Source: Eledone cirrhosa
Taxonomy: Eukaryota
Assembly (NCBI GenBank): GCA_964016885.1
Contig: OZ024741.1
Location: 289,478,001 to 289,542,000 of the forward strand
DNA length: 64,000 nt
Reading direction: 5' to 3'
A program made the position numbers and the translations under genes. Each line of letters opens with the position of its first letter. Positions within the stretch are counted from its first letter, which is position 1. Below, one piece after another: positions 56,042-64,000 of the stretch. A model generated the notes under the pieces. It was not told the origin of the DNA. It ran no database searches and saw only the letters and a program-made list of their open reading frames with translations.

Positions 56042-56550
56042 CAAGAAATAAAAGTAACATGGTTGGCTGTACAATAAGGGTTTTATTCACAGTGCTGACA
56101 ATTGTTTCGTTGATCTCGTCGGTCTAGAGCTCGCTAATCGCTTGGTGTTGCGTCAATCGATCTCCAATACTTTGTTTACAACCAGTCAATACATCAGAGT
56201 ACGTGGATATCATGTACTCTGATGTATTGACTGGTTGTAAACAAAGTATTGGAGATCGATTGACGCAACACCAAGCGATTAGCGAGCTCTAGACCGACCA
56301 GATCAGCGAAACAATTGTCAGCACTGTGAATAAAACCCTTATTGTACAGCCAACCATGTTACTCTTATTTCTTGAATTATTATTACTCCAAGTATAACCT
56401 GCATAGAAATCACCGCGAACTCGCTGCATCACTATGGAAGCGTCTTGTTGAGTCAAACTTAGCCATACGTTAAAACCATCTACAACACGGAGTACTCTAA
56501 CTGGACTACCTCTAAGTGGATTACCTACAACGATAACTTGTTATCCCGTG
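56036..56550. mobile_element. Foldback element, family B subfamily, in (TA)n
   Basis: Near-perfect arms 56036-56202 / 56214-56380; tail TATTACTCCAAG..TAACCTGCATAG...TTATCCC homologous to 6863-7030. Contains CTGATGT(A)...GAAA-CAATTG-TC. Confidence 0.85.
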
Positions 56551-56693
56551 TATATATATATATATATATATATATCGCGGTTGAAAGGATGAAGTGCGAC
56601 ATTGGCTTGATTTCATCTCAGAGTGCATGGAATGGGACCAATATCGTAAAGTAGTCTATTCGACGTTCTTATGACTCCGCGAATTTACCGCCT

Positions 56694-56730
<37 letters not shown>

Positions 56731-56841
56731 TATATATATACACACACACACACACGCATATATATATATACACACACCCATATAAATATATATGTGTGTG
56801 TATGCATGCGCGCGCGACTGTGAGTGTGTGTATGTGTGTGT

Positions 56842-56906
<65 letters not shown>

Positions 56907-57220
56907 AAGAGAAATAAGCTCGGAAAAACAGCACGGGAGAACAATACAGTGTAATGATGATATAGATTAGTTTAACGCTTGATATAATAGTAAGTAATTT
57001 GACGGCTGTAGCCTATTGATATACGTTATCCTTATATCAACTGTAACACCTTGGTTGGTATCGACTGTCTAGGTGGTCAAGTTATCGCACCCACTTGATA
57101 TTCTGATATTGCACGTGGTGTAAGCATTCTCTAATTTGTCGTATTTGTTTCTTCCACCTAAGTATTTTATTAGTTGGTATCCTCATATAATATATATACA
57201 TACACACACACACACACACA

Positions 57221-57310
<90 letters not shown>

Positions 57311-57312
57311 CA

Positions 57313-57390
<78 letters not shown>

Positions 57391-57393
<3 letters not shown>

Positions 57394-57912
57394 TTTCTGA
57401 AATTGTTTAGTAAGATTCTTTATCTGAAAACGTGTGTTGAAACCGATATTGTTATACTTTGGGAGGGTCATGTTGCCAATAAGAAACACACGCACCAGTT
57501 ACTTTCACTACAATTTATTATATTATAAATTTAAAAATTTATAAATTTCCGGCTGGTTGGTTGGTTCCAGAACTGGTCGGTTGTTCATATATTGTCAAAG
57601 TTCTTCCGTCACACATTCTGTGACCTCTTCAGTGACTGGGATTCTTTTCTTTGTTTTGTGCCTCTTCTTTGTTCTGTCCTACGCCATCTTCAAGATGAAC
57701 TTTCACAATATATGAACAACCGTCCGGTTGTGGAACCAACCAACCGGAAATAAAAACAAATTATTTTTTTATTTTTTTAAATTTATAATAAATTGGAGTG
57801 AAAGCAACTGGTGCGCGTGTTTCTTATTGGCAACATGACCCTCCCAAAGTATAACAATATCGGTTTCAACACACGATTTCAGATAAAGTATTTTGCTAAA
57901 CAAATTCAGAAA

Positions 57913-57915
<3 letters not shown>
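57391..57915. mobile_element. Foldback element, family A (both arms with full 3' tail)
   Basis: TCGTTTCTGAA...TTCAGAAACGA termini. The hammerhead at 57594-57636 (-) has a GAAA>GGAA mutation. Confidence 0.85.
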
Positions 57916-57961
<46 letters not shown>

Positions 57962-58324
57962 TGTGTGCGTGTGCCTGTGCCTGTGCGTGTGTATGTATAT
58001 ATGTGTGTGTATGTATTTGTGTGTATATAAAGCAGAGCACTGGTCAAAATCCATGCGTATGTATTTAACAGTGTATTTTTGCTTGTTTAATGTATATAGT
58101 ACTGCTTTCACGTGTATGTGAGTATGTTAATGTATGGATGCGTGCGTGTATGCTTGTATGTGTGTCTGTATCCAGTTGCTTTTATTTGTGTGGGAGTGTT
58201 TGTATATCACTCAATATACATCTCATAGTGTAAGCGTCTTTATATGTCACACTTTGTATGTGTGACTGTGTGTGAGATATCTGTCTGACCTTTCTGTGGG
58301 GCGAACGTGTCGGCCTGCGCTAAT

Positions 58325-58448
<124 letters not shown>

Positions 58449-58452
58449 CGTT

Positions 58453-58490
<38 letters not shown>

Positions 58491-58740
58491 GTTGGATATA
58501 TATATAGATATATTTATATATACATATATACATAATTAGCTTCAGCAAACACATAAATATGTGTGTGTGTGTGTGTGCGCGCATATGTTTAAGAATATGT
58601 ATATATGCAAGTATATACATGTCACTCACTCTCTGTGAGTGTGTGAGAGAGAGAAAAATAGTAAGCCCTTAGTATCGTCATCAACATCATTATCAGCACC
58701 ATCACTATAACTACCATTAACAAATTTAGCGACATTATCA

Positions 58741-58802
<62 letters not shown>

Positions 58803-60721
58803 GTAGTAGTAGTAGTACGTTGTACATATCCCTAAAGAAGATGGGATAGTTACGGTTGTAATGACTTTGATCAGATATTTGGCTGGTCGGGTTCTAAACA
58901 ACAACAGCGACATCAACAACAACAATAACATAGAACGAATACTTATGCCTATTTTATTCTTCCAAGGTCAAATTAATTATTTCGACTGTTAAACACCTTC
59001 ATTAGCTAAAAACAACAGCCAAATTTCCCGTAAGTCAAACCTAACCATTTTAGAAAATGATGGTCGCCTCTGAAAGGATTTGGTTATAGTTCCACTCGAT
59101 TAGGCTTGCCTTTGGTCTAATCTGCAATAACACGGAGATATGGCAGTCAGATCTGCCTCAAATGACACCCTAAATTTAGAGAATACTTAGGATAATGTGG
59201 ACCTGAGTTCTATACACACAGAAAAAAGAATAGAATTTTCATTGGTCAGATGACTTTCAATAAAGGAAAATCTTTTAGATTTTTTTTTATTGCTTAGTGA
59301 AAAGAGAAAGAGTAAGACTGATAACAATTTTCAGGGTATCCTAGACTTGTGAGAGGAAGATATCCTTAAACCGATATACTCTATTAAAGATACCCAGCGA
59401 CTAGATGATAGAGTTAAGCTGGGTGACACATGAAGTCTACCAAACATGAACAAGACGATGCGCGGGTGACACGAGTGGGTCTACATCTATGGCTTATTTA
59501 GCTAATTAGGTGAGACGTTATACTGTAGGACAGGCATGACCAACCATTTCTGAGCAGTGGGCAATACGAGAGGTATAGCTCATCATAGGACGAGGCACTC
59601 TTCTAAAATGATTCAAGCTAAATTTGTATCCAAACGTGCTGCATGTAGGATAAATTGCTTTGCAATATTTGTTCTAGCGCTCTTCACACAAAACTCACCC
59701 AAGTTAAATTTGCCTTACATTCATTTCAAGGACAATAAAATAAGCTACGTGTCCAGAAGGGTGCTGTTGGTTTTGCGGGATTATTAGAGAGTCGGAACAG
59801 ATGCCTCGGGGCATTTGATCTATCTCTTTACGTTCTGAGTTCAAACGCTACTCTGGCTAATTTGGTCTAACGCCATCACCTGGCGCCTAATCTATACTAT
59901 CAGGGCTCGAGTTAATAATTCTCTACATTCCCATCAATTTCAGCGGCTTGAAGAGAGACATGAACAATATTTGTACATCACCGTCTATACTCTACAAAAC
60001 AAAATCTTTCGAATTTGATTCCGGGCGCTATCAAATTTGATTCTGTCTAACTGACTCACCTAGCACACAGTCGGGTGGGGTTTGAATGTGAACTTTGAGA
60101 CACGTGGATGCAAAGAGAAATTCATAAGTACTCATCCATGTCTGTAGCTAATTCTTCCTAGATCTAGGTTCACGACCAGCAGAAAAAATCACAAAGAAAA
60201 ACAGCAACAACAGCATCAAAGCGACAAAAACAACAAAACCAACAACACTAACAAGATGGAATGTACCGCCACCGATTTCGATGGTCGGTGTTCCACTTGT
60301 TCGACCAACGAGACAGCTTATTTATGAAATTAATGTATAAGTGGTTGAGTATTCCACAGACACGCGTATACTTAACGTTTTTCTAAAGGAAATCCAGCGC
60401 AATATAGCGTGTGACAAAGCTGGCCCTTTTAATTACAAGTAGAGTCCATCAGACGGGCTTCCACACAGTTTCATTCTACCCAATATCATACACTATGCAT
60501 GAGTCGACACGGGGGCTTGATAAATAAAACTAGCCCTGGATATCACACAATATCGATATTATCATGGCTCATTTCACTCTTTGAAATGATTGTAAAGCAA
60601 TGGATTATATTTAAGCACTGAACTTACATTAGATATCATTCTTCCATAAAACAAATATCACATTGTTTCGATGAGATGTACACATATACCCACCCTACAT
60701 TGTGTTGTAATAGCGTTATAA

Positions 60722-60896
60722 GACCTACCTTAACCAGTTAGCGGCTGGTCTCGCTTGGGGATCCAGCCAGATCAGTCTGAAATGTTGCTTCTGACAGGAC
60801 TCGCTGGAAGAAGTGTTTGAGGTCACTGCCCTCACGGCCCTCTCATGAATAAATGGGTGAAGAAGAAGAAGAAGAAGAAGAAGAAGAAGAAGAAGA
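60722..60896 (+). mobile_element. 3' end of RTE-like LINE with (GAA)n tail
   Basis: Similar to the 19088-19470 and 30190-30380 ends. Confidence 0.65.
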
Positions 60897-61094
60897 ATAT
60901 ATATATATATATATATATATACAGGAAAGGGAAGAAATAGCCTTTGGGCGGGAATGACCATGGTTTTGCTCCTAAAAGTTCCGCTTCAGGCAAAATATTT
61001 TGTGGAAGACCAGCAGTCAACCATACATACCAGTATCCCTTCTCCACGCCACATATGTCGTCCAAGGTAAAAGTAAAGGCTAATAAAGCTTGGT

Positions 61095-61205
61095 ACCAAT
61101 GACGTCGCAACTCATTTCTACAGCTAGGTGGACAGGAACAACTTGAAATAATGTCTCACGCTCAAGGACACAACGCATTGCCTGTTATGGTAATTGAACT
61201 CCCAA
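61095..61205 (-). mobile_element. S2 SINE fragment
   Basis: Reverse complement: GAGTTCAATTACC...TGTGTCCTTGAGC..GACATTATTTCA. Confidence 0.6.
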
Positions 61206-61407
61206 TATTAGTGTTGAACCACATGGCGAATTAAGTTTACCGCTCAAATAGGCCACAGTGTGATTTGTACTCATGATGAAAAGAGGATGGAACAAATACT
61301 GCAAATAATCTCGTCCGTGGCTCTCATAATTCCGCTGTTTCTTGATTCTGTGTTGCCAATGTTGATCTGCACAAGATTTGAACTCATAACGAGTTGGAGC
61401 AAACATC

Positions 61408-61540
61408 GCATGATTTCCTTCGAAAGAATCAGTTCTAGTCCTGTACAATCCATTTCTATATTAAATTTGATGTGTACACACTTGTAATATATCGAGTACT
61501 TTACTTACTGTGGCTACCCTCGATTGAACTCGGGACACTC
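61408..61540 (+). repeat. Degenerate family-C copy
   Basis: CAGTTCTAGTCCTGTAC..CCATTTCTATATTAAAT...TTACTTACTGTGG.TACCC. Confidence 0.7.
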
Positions 61541-61561
61541 ACTCACTCTCTCCCTCTCTCT

Positions 61562-61597
<36 letters not shown>

Positions 61598-62404
61598 CGC
61601 ATACATAGACACACAGATATAAATATATGTTATTTATTTATTGTTAATTGTAAGGGGTATTTAGAAACCTCCCCTACCCTATCAGTGCTTACCAGCAGTA
61701 TACAAACGTTTAAATTGATTAAATAAAAAAATACATTTATGAATAAATAAACAAATATATGAATAAGATTATACTAGTTAGGAAACTATTAAAACCATTA
61801 TTCAGCTGAGTTTTCGATTCTGTAGAATTGTCGTGCATATTCTTTCAATTTACCTCTCTTTCACATCCCCCACTCCCCCTTTCTCACCCTCTCTATGTCT
61901 CTCCGATAAGTCTTGTTAGCTGGCTGGTCTGGTTGATAATATGGTTGGTTCGTCTATTTCCTGACTGACTGCTTTACACATTCACTTACTCACTCACTCA
62001 CCCTTTCACTCAGAGAGGGAAGTTGAAAGCTTTGGTTTCACTGGCTGTGTTCTACTGTATAAGCTTACGCTTATGGTATGGTATTATAGCATAATATACA
62101 TCTAGAAATGTACGGATGTGTGTGTGTGTATGTATGTATATATATATATGGTGTATAGTGATTGGTCGTTTTATCCTCAACGTATGTATGTGTGTATGTG
62201 TGTGTGTGAGTGTGTGTGTGTGCGATCGCTCGCTTTAATTGCGTTAGTTTGTTGACGTGCCGCCAAATACCTCCTCCTTTCCCTCCATTAAACCCCACAA
62301 CATTGTACATGCACATACATACACACATACACACATACGCACACACGAGTATATACATACACACATATACACGCACATACACACACACAAATACACACAC
62401 ATAC

Positions 62405-62471
<67 letters not shown>

Positions 62472-62482
62472 ATATATATATA

Positions 62483-62517
<35 letters not shown>

Positions 62518-62652
62518 ATATATATACATACATATATAATATATATATATAGCAATAATAATAATCTGTTATTTTAATAAATATATATATATATATAAAT
62601 ATATATATATATAAACATATATATATATACATGCATATATAATATTGGACTT

Positions 62653-62696
<44 letters not shown>

Positions 62697-63709
62697 GTTC
62701 AAAGGTACGCTTATATTTTGAGAATAGGATACAATACGACTTGATATAATATAGTTAATGCGATACGATACATTATAACATAATATGTTATAATATATCG
62801 CATTATACTATATTATATTATATAAAATCGTATTGTACAACATAATATAATATAAACACAGCTACACACATACGTATGTACACGGCACTGATACACTTGC
62901 TTCTGACAGAAACACGCACCACGCACTCACACCGACATCCACTCACTCACAGACACCCTCTCACTCACACTCTCCTCCCTTCCCCTCTTCCTCATTCTCT
63001 CTCTCTCTCTTTCTCTCTGTCTCCCCTCTCTCTCTCTGTCTCTCTCTCTCTCTCTTTCTGTCTCTCTCACTATCTCTATCTCTCGCTCACTTACTCACAT
63101 GCAATCATTTTCAAGATGACGGAGAGAAGGAAGGATGGATGTATATATATATGCTACAGACCGGCTGGTTTGTATAAATCCATCTAAATATATACACATA
63201 TACGCACATACAAATATATATATATAAATATATATGTATATACGTACATCCATCCGTACATAGATCCAGACGTATGTAAGTAAGTACATATATACATATA
63301 TCCACACAGGCATATATAATGTGTACGCGTGTGTGAGCATATATGTATATATATATATACAATACATATATACATACATATAAATATATATATATATATA
63401 CATAAAGTATGATTGTGAGAAGAAGTGAGGATGAGATGAATGTAAAGATATATTGGCCAGCGTTAAATGTTAATTGTAATTATGCAAGCACCTGCTTTCT
63501 TCGGCCAGTACGATCGAAACCATTACAGCGATAATGCGTGGGATAAACACGATAGCTTGAAAGAAGAAAGAAAGAAAAAAGCAACATGACGAGGATAACA
63601 ACAACAACAAACAACACCTAACAACAGAAAATCAAAACAAAAGCAATTGGATCTAACAATAGCAAAAATATTATATATATGTAATCAGAGATATTCACAC
63701 CCACCCAAC

Positions 63710-63745
<36 letters not shown>

Positions 63746-63788
63746 CCTACACACGCTGTCACACGAAGACACGCACACACACACATAT

Positions 63789-63823
<35 letters not shown>

Positions 63824-63878
63824 CCTATTCACGCAGACACACGAAGACTCGCCCACACACACACACACTTACACACTT

Positions 63879-63921
<43 letters not shown>

Positions 63922-64000
63922 CATACGTATAAATATATAGCTATTAGAACTAATCAAACGACGAGAGCGCCCCTACCCCACCCTCCTCTTTACCAAATGC

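Overview
Eukaryotic, AT- and microsatellite-rich intergenic or intronic DNA. The repeat content (tRNA-derived SINE families, (TA)n/(CA)n/(CAT)n tracts) suggests an octopus or other coleoid cephalopod; this is inference. No intact protein-coding gene is supported, and nearly all listed ORFs are microsatellite translation artefacts. There is a 200-N gap at 40762-40961. Recognisable elements: a non-autonomous Helitron (1054-2134), a Penelope-like element (PLE) ORF remnant (~5035-5600), a complete Buster/Charlie-type hAT element with TIRs and an 8-bp TSD (8133-11291), Tx1/L1 and RTE LINE remnants, and about 20 SINE copies. Main finding: a nearly homogeneous 310-bp tandem array (50537-56006, ~17.6 units). 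Each unit carries a minimal type-I hammerhead ribozyme (stem I GTAGTC/GATTAC, CTGATGA, stem II, GAAA, palindromic ACGCGT, GUA cleavage triplet) on a highly structured non-coding monomer, i.e. a candidate non-LTR retrozyme / circRNA locus. The array is inverted head-to-head at 54141/54142 and sits within a (TA)n run. The same head-to-head, (TA)n-embedded foldback architecture recurs in about ten short dispersed elements from several unrelated families, and at least three of those families carry hammerhead motifs. This suggests a shared PLE-driven mobilisation system. All structures were read by eye; no folding or database search was run.
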